Of a stretch of DNA of 24,000 bases, positions 7,292 through 15,733 are shown piece by piece. Every line of letters begins with the position of its first letter. The first letter of the stretch is position 1. The notes under the pieces are model-generated. The model was not told the DNA's origin. It saw nothing but the letters and a program-made list of their open reading frames with translations, and searched no databases. Origin of the DNA: Caulobacter virus Karma; the sequence record JX100811.1, one strand, 5' to 3'. The position numbers and the translations under genes are program-made.

Positions 7292-9537
7292 CAGTGCGTC
7301 TCCGCCCAGGTGCGGCCCCACTTGACGTCGACATCGACCGGCAGGCGGAAATCGAACCGCTCGCCGGCTTCCTTCGCCGCGTCGACGATGTTGCGGCGGC
7401 AGATTTCCTTGATCGCCGGATCGTCGCGCACCGCCACCTGCATTTCGTCGTGGACCCAGGCCAGGACGGCGTAGTCGCCGTGCCAGCCATGGACGAGCCC
7501 GTCGTCTTCGTTGAAGGTCTCGAAGTTGACGCACCAGCCCTTGGCGATCGTGGCGCCGGCGCCCTGGAGCTTGGTGTTGAGGGCCGAGTGCTTGGCCCGC
7601 ACGAAGAGGTGGCGGCCGTCGAGGGCGTCGACATAGCCGCGCTTGGCCTCGCGCTGGACGGACTTGACCACCTGTTGCAGCGCCGGGATGCGCGTCATGA
7701 TCCGCCGCCGCATTTCCGCGCCCAGGGCCTTGGCCTTGGCGACGTTCATGGTCAGGGACGGGTCGACGGTGCAGCCCAGCTTGTAGTCCTGGGCGCCGTA
7801 GATCATGGCGTAGATGAAGGTCTTGGCGGTGTCGCGCGACTCCATCTCCATGGCCGCTTGGTGGACGCCGTGGACATCGCCATCGAGCACGATCTTGCCG
7901 TACTGCCCGTTGTCGAACTCCGCCATGAAGTGGGCCAGACAGCGCAGTTCGATACCGGCTTGGTCGGCGCCCATCAGGGTCCAGCCCTCGGGGACGTAGA
8001 AGAGGTCGCGGCAGTCCCAGCCGTGATCGCCCTCGCGGCCCTTCATCAGGACCTTCTTGGTGACCACCTCGCCCTTTTCGTTCAGGGTGAACTCGCCCTC
8101 GGGCGTCAGCACCGGGCGGCCCCGGATTTGCTTGCCGTCCGGGCCGAGCAGCGGGATCGTCTTGGCCTCGTCCTTCCACTGCGGCGGCGACTTGAAGACG
8201 ACGCGGGGGACCTGGGCGATGTTGGGGTTGGAGTGCGAGGCCCGGTTGGTCACCGTGCCCCCGACGTTGACGCGGCCGTGAATCTTGCCGTCGCCGTTCC
8301 ACTCCTCGCACTTGACCAGCCAGCCGTTCTTGCCGTCGACCAACTGCCCCAGGCGCTTCTTGTAGTAGAAGATTTCCGCCAGGGTCTCGCAGATCGGGAT
8401 CACCAGCTTCTTGGTGTTCTCGTCCTCGGCCTTGGCCAGATCGCGCAGCACCTCGTCGTCCACCACCGGCGAGCCGGTTTCGGTGAACTCCTGGGGTTGC
8501 CAGCCATAGACCTTGGTCAGGCGGTCGATGATCTGCGGACGCGAGTTGGGGTTGAACGGCGTCAGCTTGACCGGGCAGAAGGCCGCGCCGGCGGTGCGGT
8601 CCCCCTTCATCGGGTCCTTGTACTTGACATCGCGCGTCGGGACCGTCACCTCGGCCCAGTGCTCGCGGCTGTCGTCCTCGCCGAACTCGGGGCGCGGCTT
8701 GTAGGCGACCTGCTCCTTCTCGGGCTTGCCGGTCTCGGGCGAGGTGTAGGTGGTCGACTTGTGGCGCTTGAGCCACTTGCCCGGCACCCACCAGGAGCCA
8801 AAGTGCGCGATCGCCTCGTCCGACATCCTAGTGTGGGCGGTGCGCAGTTCCTCTTCCAGGCGGCGCGCGCGCTCGCGGTGGAACGGGAAGCCGTTGCGCT
8901 GCACCCGCTCCATCATGTCGTGGATCATGTGTTCGAGCGTGATCGCGGTCTTCGACCACGGCCGGCTCTCGATCTTGCGCCACAGGGCCTCGGTGACCTC
9001 GACGTCTTGAATCGCGTAGTCTTCCATGTCCTGGTTCCAGGACCCCCAGACGTAGCGACTGATCTCGGCCTTGTCGGTGATGCCCTTGGCCTTGGCCTCT
9101 TCCTCGGCCACGTCGGCGTAATCGCCCTTGGGGAAGCCCAGGCGCTGGCCCCAGGCACCCAGTTCATGCGAGCCGATATAGCCGCCCCACAGGTCGCCGC
9201 GCTTCCACATCCGGAAGTCGTCGTCCTTGAGGTCGGCGAACAGCATGCGCGTCATCACCAGGGTGTCGCGGATGATCCCCTGGGGATTGAACTTGTCGCC
9301 GTAGACCTTCCACAGGGCCTCGCAGTCGAAGCCGATGATGTTGTGGCCGATCAGCATGTCGGCGTCGTTCAGCATCGCGACGCCTTCGAGGATGTTGTCC
9401 TCGCGCTTGTTGCGGTGGAAGACCCAGCGCTGACGGGTGTCGGCGTCCTTGATCACCAGGATGTGGATGCGCGTCAGTTGCAGCAGCAGCCCATCGGTTT
9501 CCAAGTCGAACAGGAGCCGGCGCTTACGGAGCTTCAT
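7291..9537 (-). CDS. polA: family A DNA polymerase with 3'-5' exonuclease domain
   Basis: 'LLFDLETDG' exo motif; 'LMGADQAGIELRCLAHF' motif A, 'AKTFIYAMIYGAQDYKLG' motif B, 'LAWVHDEMQVAV' motif C. Confidence 0.93.
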   Translation of the reverse strand: MKLRKRRLLFDLETDGLLLQLTRIHILVIKDADTRQRWVFHRNKREDNILEGVAMLNDADMLIGHNIIGFDCEALWKVYGDKFNPQGIIRDTLVMTRMLFADLKDDDFRMWKRGDLWGGYIGSHELGAWGQRLGFPKGDYADVAEEEAKAKGITDKAEISRYVWGSWNQDMEDYAIQDVEVTEALWRKIESRPWSKTAITLEHMIHDMMERVQRNGFPFHRERARRLEEELRTAHTRMSDEAIAHFGSWWVPGKWLKRHKSTTYTSPETGKPEKEQVAYKPRPEFGEDDSREHWAEVTVPTRDVKYKDPMKGDRTAGAAFCPVKLTPFNPNSRPQIIDRLTKVYGWQPQEFTETGSPVVDDEVLRDLAKAEDENTKKLVIPICETLAEIFYYKKRLGQLVDGKNGWLVKCEEWNGDGKIHGRVNVGGTVTNRASHSNPNIAQVPRVVFKSPPQWKDEAKTIPLLGPDGKQIRGRPVLTPEGEFTLNEKGEVVTKKVLMKGREGDHGWDCRDLFYVPEGWTLMGADQAGIELRCLAHFMAEFDNGQYGKIVLDGDVHGVHQAAMEMESRDTAKTFIYAMIYGAQDYKLGCTVDPSLTMNVAKAKALGAEMRRRIMTRIPALQQVVKSVQREAKRGYVDALDGRHLFVRAKHSALNTKLQGAGATIAKGWCVNFETFNEDDGLVHGWHGDYAVLAWVHDEMQVAVRDDPAIKEICRRNIVDAAKEAGERFDFRLPVDVDVKWGRTWAETH

Positions 9538-10582
9538 GGAGCACCTTGAGGATTTGATCGCCGATCCAGTCCACCATCGGGACGATCAGGCTGTTGCCGA
9601 CGATGGTCCGGCGCTCGGTGTCCGAGAGCCCTTCGATCGCGGTGTGGCCGACGGGCATGCCCATCAGGCGCTCGTACTCGGACACGGTGTGATTGCGGAT
9701 GCGCCAGTCCTCGCCTTCCTTGACGAGCAGCATGGCGACGCTGGAGCCGCCGCCGGCCGTGCGCAGGCAGTTGGCGATTACGCCGCGCTCTTCGATTTGC
9801 TGGTCGGGGCGTCCGCGAACAGCGAGGGATCGAGCCCGTGGGACAGGGCGGCCGTCAATTCCGGCGACAAGGTCCGACCGGCTCGGATCGCGTTGTTCAG
9901 GAGGGTCAAACGCCGGGACGGGCTCATGTACAATCCGGCGGGGATCGATTCCGGAGCGTCGAGTACACGCGACAAGCACAAGCCGGGGGCGGGACTGGGG
10001 GATTCCGAACTGGGGACCGTCGAAGACCGTCCAGGCGATCGCGCGGCGCGGTCCCAGCACATAACCACAGTCCGGCCACCGATTCCCTGCCGCGTCGTCG
10101 TCACCTTCGGGCTTTCCGTAGGGATAGAGGGGTTCTCGCTCGCCGGCGAGGCGTCCGAGGAATTGTCCAAAGGCGTTGTCCTTGTTGGAGAGGAGCTTGA
10201 CCACGTTCTCGAAGCAGAAGATCGGAGGATCGACCTCGTCGATCACCCGCAGGCCCGAAAGGGTCAGTTGTCCGCGCGGGTCGGCCAGACCCAGGCCCTT
10301 GCCGGCCTCGCTCCACGGCTGGCAGGGGAACGACGCCCACAGGACGTCGACCTTGCCCTCGTGAGGCGTGCCGTCGATCTGTTCGAGGTTCCCGAGGTTC
10401 GGGACGGCCTTCCAGTGCGTCTCCAGGAGACGGATCGGGGCCGAGGCGATCTCGCTGAAGAAGCGGGCCTTGCCGCCCTTCTTCTCCCACGCCACCGAGG
10501 GGACGTCGGCGCCGGAGCAAAGGGTCGCAAAGACCCACGGCGTGACGCCGGAGGCGTCCGCAGGGGAGGGGTTCGGGGACAT
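9524..10582 (-). CDS. DNA (cytosine-5) methyltransferase
   Basis: 'FATLCSGADVPSVAWE' motif I, 'ASFPCQPWSEAGKGLGLADPRG' (PCQ) motif IV, 'CFENV' motif VI, 'QSRPRLVLVA' motif VIII, C-terminal 'RTIVGNSLIVPMVDWI'. Confidence 0.92.
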   Translation of the reverse strand: MSPNPSPADASGVTPWVFATLCSGADVPSVAWEKKGGKARFFSEIASAPIRLLETHWKAVPNLGNLEQIDGTPHEGKVDVLWASFPCQPWSEAGKGLGLADPRGQLTLSGLRVIDEVDPPIFCFENVVKLLSNKDNAFGQFLGRLAGEREPLYPYGKPEGDDDAAGNRWPDCGYVLGPRRAIAWTVFDGPQFGIPQSRPRLVLVACTRRSGIDPRRIVHEPVPAFDPPEQRDPSRSDLVAGIDGRPVPRARSLAVRGRPDQQIEERGVIANCLRTAGGGSSVAMLLVKEGEDWRIRNHTVSEYERLMGMPVGHTAIEGLSDTERRTIVGNSLIVPMVDWIGDQILKVLHEAP

Positions 10583-10589
10583 GGCTCTA

Positions 10590-10619
10590 TGGTTAACGGA
10601 TGTCGTGAATCACGTCAAG
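10590..10619 (-). promoter_or_regulatory. promoter-like: TTGACG (10618..10613) - 17 nt - TAACCA (10595..10590), spacer carries the GATTCACGACAT element (inverted copy)
   Basis: Exact 17-nt spacing, just upstream of the C5-methyltransferase start; contains GAATC. Confidence 0.55.
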
Positions 10620-10637
10620 AAATGTCGTCAACGACGA

Positions 10638-11426
10638 CTACTCTTGAGGGGCGGCGGGCCGTTGCAGGCGCGCGTGCATGGCCTCGATCTCCTCGTCCGA
10701 CAGGGGCCGGCGGCCCGTGGTCTTGACCTCGCCACGCCAGATGACGTCGGCGAGCTTGAGGAACGCCTTGGCGAGCTTCTGCTTGTCGGTGTGCCCGATC
10801 GCGCGCTGAAGGCCCTCGGGCCAGCGCGGCGGCAGGGCGTAGAAATACATCAGCCCCGGCCGGGTCCAGACGTCGACGGCGAAGTCGCCCGCCTGCCGCT
10901 TTCCCACCGCGAACGACTGGTCGCCCAGCATCGCGACGTTGTTCTCGTCGTAGTAGCCGATCCCCAGCCTGATCTTGTCGATCTCACTGTCATAGGCCAG
11001 CCACAGGCAGCGCCCGTCGCCCAGGGGGACGTTCTCGATCTCCCAGTCCTGGGGATGGCCCCAGACCGCGTCGTGGGCTTCGCGGATGGCGTCGGCCAGC
11101 ATGCCGGTGATCGTCTTGGGCGAGACCGAATCCCCGACCACCAGGAACGAGCCGGGCTCGATCTCCAGGGTCTTGTCGACCCCGAAGTGCTCGGCCAGCC
11201 GCCCGGCCTTGAACGAGAAGCCCTCGCGCTCGATGCGGTCGGCGATCTCGTAGGCGAATCCAGGCTTGAGGTTGAGCGTCATCACGTGCGAGACGTTCAG
11301 GCCCGAGGCCGATTCATGCCCGAGCCCGATCTGGATCGAGTGGGTCTCAGACGTCACCAGGGCATAGAGGAAGCCCCCGGAGGGCCGGGTCGGATAGGCG
11401 ACCCGGCGGGAGAAGAGAAGGGTCAT
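10638..11426 (-). CDS. hypothetical protein, 262 aa
   Basis: Complete ORF; CAGGAG Shine-Dalgarno-like sequence precedes ATG at 11426. Confidence 0.75.
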   Translation of the reverse strand: MTLLFSRRVAYPTRPSGGFLYALVTSETHSIQIGLGHESASGLNVSHVMTLNLKPGFAYEIADRIEREGFSFKAGRLAEHFGVDKTLEIEPGSFLVVGDSVSPKTITGMLADAIREAHDAVWGHPQDWEIENVPLGDGRCLWLAYDSEIDKIRLGIGYYDENNVAMLGDQSFAVGKRQAGDFAVDVWTRPGLMYFYALPPRWPEGLQRAIGHTDKQKLAKAFLKLADVIWRGEVKTTGRRPLSDEEIEAMHARLQRPAAPQE

Positions 11427-11428
11427 GA

Positions 11429-11872
11429 TTACTCCTGAAGGCTTTCGTAGAAACTAACCAGGGCCTTGAGGTCCTTTAGATCGCCACTGTTTTTGAGGCG
11501 ATTGGCTTTCCAACTCACGATCACGACGTTTCCAGGGACATAGCCTTGGGTGTTGTCGATACGATCAAGAGATGGCGAGTGATCGTGCATCCGTCCGGAA
11601 CCCGCCGAAAGACGAAGTCCTAGCGCCGGACAGACTTCGGGAATCGTGAGGTCAGCTTCCGTCAGCGTGAAGGGGATGCCTGCCTGCTTCGCTCGTCCAC
11701 GCGCGGTCGACAGGAGGGCAGAAAGAAACCCTCCCGTCGCATAGCGGAACCGCCGTTTAGCGGAACGACAAACCGAACACGTGCGTCGCCGCCCATTATT
11801 TCTCGACCGGTCTTTGGAGAACTGGTCGAGGGTTTTACGAACTCCGCAGGCATTGCATCGCTGCGTGATCAC
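11429..11872 (-). CDS. HNH endonuclease (probable free-standing homing-type)
   Basis: Zinc-binding 'CNACGVRKTLDQFSKD...CSVCR' and HNH-like 'DHSPSLDRIDNTQGYVPGNVVIVSWKANRLKN'. GTG start makes a GTGA overlap with the upstream gene; a TTG at 11881 is the alternative start. Confidence 0.85.
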   Translation of the reverse strand: MITQRCNACGVRKTLDQFSKDRSRNNGRRRTCSVCRSAKRRFRYATGGFLSALLSTARGRAKQAGIPFTLTEADLTIPEVCPALGLRLSAGSGRMHDHSPSLDRIDNTQGYVPGNVVIVSWKANRLKNSGDLKDLKALVSFYESLQE

Positions 11873-13572
11873 AAGCGCCAATACCTGCCGTTGAAGGTGA
11901 TCAGCGCCCGCTTGCCGTTCGGGTACTGCACGCAGTGGGTGTGCGCCCAGGACGAGGGGCCGGTGTTGTAGCCCATGTCCAGCTTCGAGGTCGTGCCGGT
12001 GTTGTAGGCGCTCTCGAAAATGCCGGGCGAGTGGGTATGACCAAACGTAGTCTTCGGGCCGATCTTGGCGAACTGCTGGATGTTGCCGCGCGAGCCGTTG
12101 GCGCCGTTATGCCCGTGGTTGGAGTGCTCGACCCCGCCAACGACGCAGGACTCGTCCTCGCGCAGGAACTTCACGCCGTTGCAGTTCCAGACGTCGAAGG
12201 CGTTGGTCATCACCTCCTCGAAGATCGAGAAGTTCTTTTCGCCGGTCCGGATCGAGGCGTAGACCGCCCGCTGGCAGGTGAGGAAGAACTCGGCGTTGAC
12301 CGGGTCGGCGCGGTAGTCGGCCGTCTTCAGCCATTTGTTGAGCGCCAGATCGTGGTTGCTCTCGACCACCGTGACCTTCGAGTCCGGGGCCTGCCGGCCC
12401 AGGATGGTCAGGAACATCGCCACCTCGCGTAGTTCCTGCTCGACGCTTTCGGAGCCCTTGACATAGAGCCGGAAGCGATCGTGCGGATCGGCGATGTTGT
12501 GGTGGTTGCGCGCCCGGAAGTCGGAGACGTCGTGGACGAAGATGTGCTCGGGCCGCAGGACGTCGATCATCGACGGCGTCGCCACGCTACCCCACACCCG
12601 GCTCCCGTCGGCCGAGCGCTGCTCGGTCGGGAAGAAGCCGAAGGTGGCGGCCGACACCTCGGGATCGATCTGCGCCACGTGGACGTCGCCGGGCGTCAGG
12701 CAGGCCACGCGATGGCCCTCGGTGACCACGCCGTCCTTGACGAAGACGTCCAGGTCATAGAACGAGCCGTCGGTGTCGCCCAGCAGGTGGCGGCAGAAGA
12801 ACTTGCCGTCCTCGTCGACCTCGACCAGCACCGCGCCCAACTGGTGGTGGAAGCTGGCCTTGATCCCGGCCTTCTTGGGAACGTAGTTCGGCTTGGTGAC
12901 CGCGCCCGTCGTCATGATCTGCTTGGACGGGGTGTGCTTCATCGTCGGAACGCTGACGAGTTGCACCTTGGCGTGGGGGAAGATGCCCCAGCGCTCGCGG
13001 GTGTAGGAGTGGAAGCCCGACAGCGGGTTCTCGGCCGTGGGGAGGGTGTTCATCTCGCCGCAGAAGTCGATCCGGTCGGCGATCCGCACGCGCTCGGCGA
13101 CGAGGTATTCCATCACCCGCTTGTGGAAGAACGCCGCGTGCTTGGCGTGGTCCTCGAACAGGCGCTTGGAGTAGGTGAAGCCAGCGATCATGATCTCGCA
13201 CGGCGCGTCCCGGCGCAGGTGCTCGGCATAGGCCTCCAGGTTGTCGACGAACTCCTCGTGGATGTGCGTCGAATCCTGGGCCGAGGACAGGATGAACCGC
13301 CGGCGCCCGGTGGTCTCATCCACCGTCACGGTCCGGGCGGCGGGCGCCGGCCGGTGCGACAGCGGGTCCTTGCGCATCGAGTAGAGGCGGTTCTGGAGCG
13401 TCGTGCGCTTGACGCTGTACTTGCGCGAGAACGCCCGCTGGCCGCCGGCCTTCTTGACCATCGCGTTCAGTTCTTCCGGCGACACCGAGTAGATGTCGAA
13501 CGGACCCTCGGCCGGCAGGGCGGCCTTGGGCTTCTTGCCCGCCTTGGAAGCGTGTTCGAACTCAGCCGGCAT
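11869..13572 (-). CDS. calcineurin-like metallophosphoesterase-like phage protein with N-terminal HTH-like segment
   Basis: 'VVESNHD', 'NHGHNGANGS', 'TFGHTHSPGIFESAYNTGTTSKLDMGYNTG' resemble metallophosphoesterase metal-binding motifs; N-terminal 'GGQRAFSRKYSVKRTTLQNRL'. Confidence 0.65.
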   Translation of the reverse strand: MPAEFEHASKAGKKPKAALPAEGPFDIYSVSPEELNAMVKKAGGQRAFSRKYSVKRTTLQNRLYSMRKDPLSHRPAPAARTVTVDETTGRRRFILSSAQDSTHIHEEFVDNLEAYAEHLRRDAPCEIMIAGFTYSKRLFEDHAKHAAFFHKRVMEYLVAERVRIADRIDFCGEMNTLPTAENPLSGFHSYTRERWGIFPHAKVQLVSVPTMKHTPSKQIMTTGAVTKPNYVPKKAGIKASFHHQLGAVLVEVDEDGKFFCRHLLGDTDGSFYDLDVFVKDGVVTEGHRVACLTPGDVHVAQIDPEVSAATFGFFPTEQRSADGSRVWGSVATPSMIDVLRPEHIFVHDVSDFRARNHHNIADPHDRFRLYVKGSESVEQELREVAMFLTILGRQAPDSKVTVVESNHDLALNKWLKTADYRADPVNAEFFLTCQRAVYASIRTGEKNFSIFEEVMTNAFDVWNCNGVKFLREDESCVVGGVEHSNHGHNGANGSRGNIQQFAKIGPKTTFGHTHSPGIFESAYNTGTTSKLDMGYNTGPSSWAHTHCVQYPNGKRALITFNGRYWRL

Positions 13573-14263
13573 AGAGAAGCTCCGGTTTGGCGCTGACCGG
13601 CTTGGACCAATCCCAGACGTACCAAGCGTAGGCGAAGCGCGGGGCGCCCTTGGTGCCGGCGATCCAGCGGGGGCGGTGACGAAGGGTGACCTTCGCGGTG
13701 AAAGCGGGGTGATCGAACAGGTCCGCGCGCGAGCGCGCCGCGTCCCATTCGTGGCGGCAGAGGAAGGCCACGAGGCCCTGGTCGGCCTCCATCAGGTCCA
13801 GCGCGTGGCGCGCGGCGCGCTCGGCGTCCTTGCCGTAGGGCGGGTTGGTGATGATCGCGTCCGGACGCGGCGGCAACGGCGTGCTCTTGCGCTCCTCGCC
13901 CTTCTCGTCGACAACCGTCTCGGGCCGGACCTTCAGCGCGCCCAGGCGGTCGAGGTCGGCCGGCGTCAGCTTGAAGAAGTCCTCGACCGCGTCGACCTCG
14001 AAGCCCTCGTAGCGGTGGATGTCCGTGGCGAGGACTTCCTGCACGAAGGGCTTGAGCGGCGTGGCGATGGCGCCGTTGCCGGCGAAGGGCTCCCAGGCGA
14101 AGAACGGGGCGAAATCATCGCCCAGGGCCTCGATCAGGGCGTCGAAGGCCGGCCGAGGAGTCGGGTAAAAGTCCAGCGGGGTCCTGGCATATCCGGAGGC
14201 GCCCAGCATGGAGGGGTCTTTGCGACCAGCATCGGAGAGAGACATGGTCGTGAGGGATGTCAT
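13562..14263 (-). CDS. SAM-dependent methyltransferase, probably N6-adenine (NPPY motif)
   Basis: 'WEPFAGNGAIATPL' motif I and 'AIITNPPYGKD' motif IV. Start could be ATG 14263 or 14245. Confidence 0.78.
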   Translation of the reverse strand: MTSLTTMSLSDAGRKDPSMLGASGYARTPLDFYPTPRPAFDALIEALGDDFAPFFAWEPFAGNGAIATPLKPFVQEVLATDIHRYEGFEVDAVEDFFKLTPADLDRLGALKVRPETVVDEKGEERKSTPLPPRPDAIITNPPYGKDAERAARHALDLMEADQGLVAFLCRHEWDAARSRADLFDHPAFTAKVTLRHRPRWIAGTKGAPRFAYAWYVWDWSKPVSAKPELLYAG

Positions 14264-14276
14264 GGTTAACGAAGGG

Positions 14277-14294
14277 TGTCAAGATTCACGACAT
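14277..14294. promoter_or_regulatory. intergenic element copy 3 TGTCAAGATTCACGACAT, with GTTAAC at 14265-14270
   Basis: Identical to the copy at 6593-6610. Confidence 0.65.
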
Positions 14295-14322
14295 TGACTG
14301 TCGTGACGCAGCACGTTAATCA
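14294..14322 (+). promoter_or_regulatory. weak sigma70-like promoter candidate TTGACT-17-TAATCA reading into the noncoding region
   Basis: Spacing exact, -10 poor. Confidence 0.3.
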
Positions 14323-14329
14323 GGAGGCA

Positions 14330-14955
14330 ACGGGCCGTCCTTCTGCATTAGCCCCGCCGCCGCGCCTTCCAGGCGGCACGGGCCGGGACGGTGGTTGGTG
14401 ACGAGCAGGCCGAGGCAGCGGCGGGCGAGTCGAAGGAGAACCCGGCGAGCGGCGGAAGGCGTCGTTGACGCCCTCGGACTCGACAAGCACGTGGTGATGC
14501 CGGAAATCACCGCGATCGCGCGGACGTCTGGACGTTGCTAGGCGTAAGGCAGGCCTGCCGAGAAGTGGAAACGGCCGGGGCGGGCGGGACTTGATCTCGT
14601 CCGCCTTTCCGCCTAAGCTTCCCTCATTGCAGGCGCAGCACCGCCCTTCGCTAACGGCCCCGAGGGGTACGCAAGGGCTAGAAGCCTTGCCTGGGACAGG
14701 ACTGCCTCTGATCCAGGAACGCCCTGGGCCGCGTAGCGCCCATGACGCGAACGCCGGCCGAGAATGGGCGACTAGGCGTGACGGCGGCCAGAGGCCGCAG
14801 CGACATTCCAAGCTCGATAGAGCGATCGGCGGGCCGGGGCGAAAGCCCTGTTTCGAGAGCCAGGGCAACCCGTCATAGGTCCTGGTCGGGCGACGAGGCA
14901 GCAAGTCCCGCGAACGGAGCCTCTGAGGTGGCGTCACCAAGATGCAGCAGACGCA
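14330..14955 (+). ncRNA. candidate ~630-nt structured noncoding RNA (unknown family)
   Basis: No convincing CDS. Plus-strand hairpins include GCAAGG(14671-14676)/CCTTGC(14685-14690), GGGC-GAAA-GCCC (14837-14848) and GCCCTG/CAGGGC (14845-14866). Promoter-like signal upstream, strong terminator downstream. Confidence 0.35.
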
Positions 14956-14987
14956 AAAAGGCCCCGATCGCGAGATCGGGGCCTTTT
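14956..14987. terminator. bidirectional terminator AAAAGGCCCCGATC-GCGA-GATCGGGGCCTTTT
   Basis: Long perfect GC-rich stem flanked by A/T runs on both sides. Confidence 0.85.
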
Positions 14988-14992
14988 CATGT

Positions 14993-15081
14993 TGGAGCTT
15001 CGGGAGGGACTCGAACCCTCATAGGTGTTCCCACCAGCAGAGATTTGCAATCCCGCGCCTAACCTCTCAGTCCACCGAAGC
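14993..15081 (-). tRNA. tRNA-Cys (anticodon GCA) with long variable arm, U73 and encoded CCA
   Basis: Acceptor GCTTCGG/CCGAAGC, loop TTGCAAA, variable arm GGTG-GGAA-CACC, T-arm GAGGG-TTCGAGT-CCCTC, discriminator T then CCA. Confidence 0.82.
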
Positions 15082-15087
15082 ACAAAA

Positions 15088-15116
15088 GGACCTCGACGCC
15101 CGAAGGCCCGAGGTCC
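15088..15116. terminator. hairpin GGACCTCG...CGAGGTCC
   Basis: 8-bp inverted repeat directly upstream of tRNA-Cys; may be a processing or termination signal. Confidence 0.4.
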
Positions 15117-15266
15117 GATCCGTAACCAGGGGAGGGCCGTAGCTGTCCCCTGACCCTGAACGACAGGTGGCGGGCTTGGTCGTCATCCCGTCAGGCTCGC
15201 GGCGCCGCTCGCCTGAACCGCCGATATGCCACGAGGGCAGTGATCCGCAGGTCCCCACAAATAGCA

Positions 15267-15300
15267 AAAAGGCCACGATCCGCGAGGACCGTGGCCTTTT
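15267..15300. terminator. AAAAGGCCACG-(N12)-CGTGGCCTTTT terminator-like hairpin
   Basis: Perfect 7-bp GC-rich stem extended by A/T runs. Confidence 0.7.
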
Positions 15301-15662
15301 CGTTTTCCGATGGGCTGAGACTACACCCATCAGCAATCCCGCTTCGAGGATTATTCCCCAGGTGCGACCCCAGGTATTCCCTCGACGTCCACCAGACCCC
15401 TTGCGGTAGTCCAGTCCGAGATCATCGCCGCCGTTCTTGCGCACCCCGAAGGGATTGCGGGTCTGGCGTTTGACCCATCATGGCGAACTACTCGACAGTT
15501 CCTTCCCCGCTGGGCTTGCGACCCACTCACCGGCGCTAACCGGCTGACGAAGCTCTTCCTATCGACACCTCGCGGGCTTGCGACCCTTGAGATGACTCCG
15601 TTACCCGAAGGCCGGAGCATTTGGCGACTTACGTCCGCCACTGGACCAGTCTTTGCGTTTTT

Positions 15663-15733
15663 CATCGAAGCGGGGATTGAACCCGCGACCGACAGCTTAA
15701 GAGGCTGTTGCACTACCACTGTGCTATTCGCAA
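15663..15733 (-). tRNA. tRNA-Lys (anticodon CTT)-like, acceptor stem imperfect
   Basis: D-arm GCAC-AGTGGTA-GTGC, anticodon arm ACAGC-CTCTTAA-GCTGT, T-arm GCGGG-TTCAATC-CCCGC. Acceptor CGAA/TTCG pairs only 4 bp; no CCA. Confidence 0.65.

Noticed and set aside
7294-9549. 751-aa plus-strand ORF
   Set aside because: Exact shadow of the DNA polymerase gene.
12481-13596. 371-aa plus-strand ORF
   Set aside because: Shadow of the metallophosphoesterase-like gene.
14320-14940. 206-aa minus ORF as a protein gene
   Set aside because: Pro/Arg/Ser-rich with no plausible domain or start context; the region looks more like structured noncoding RNA, though conservation data could overturn this.
14956-14987. 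Regulatory small RNA encoded by the hairpin
   Set aside because: Simplest explanation is a bidirectional terminator between convergent RNA units.
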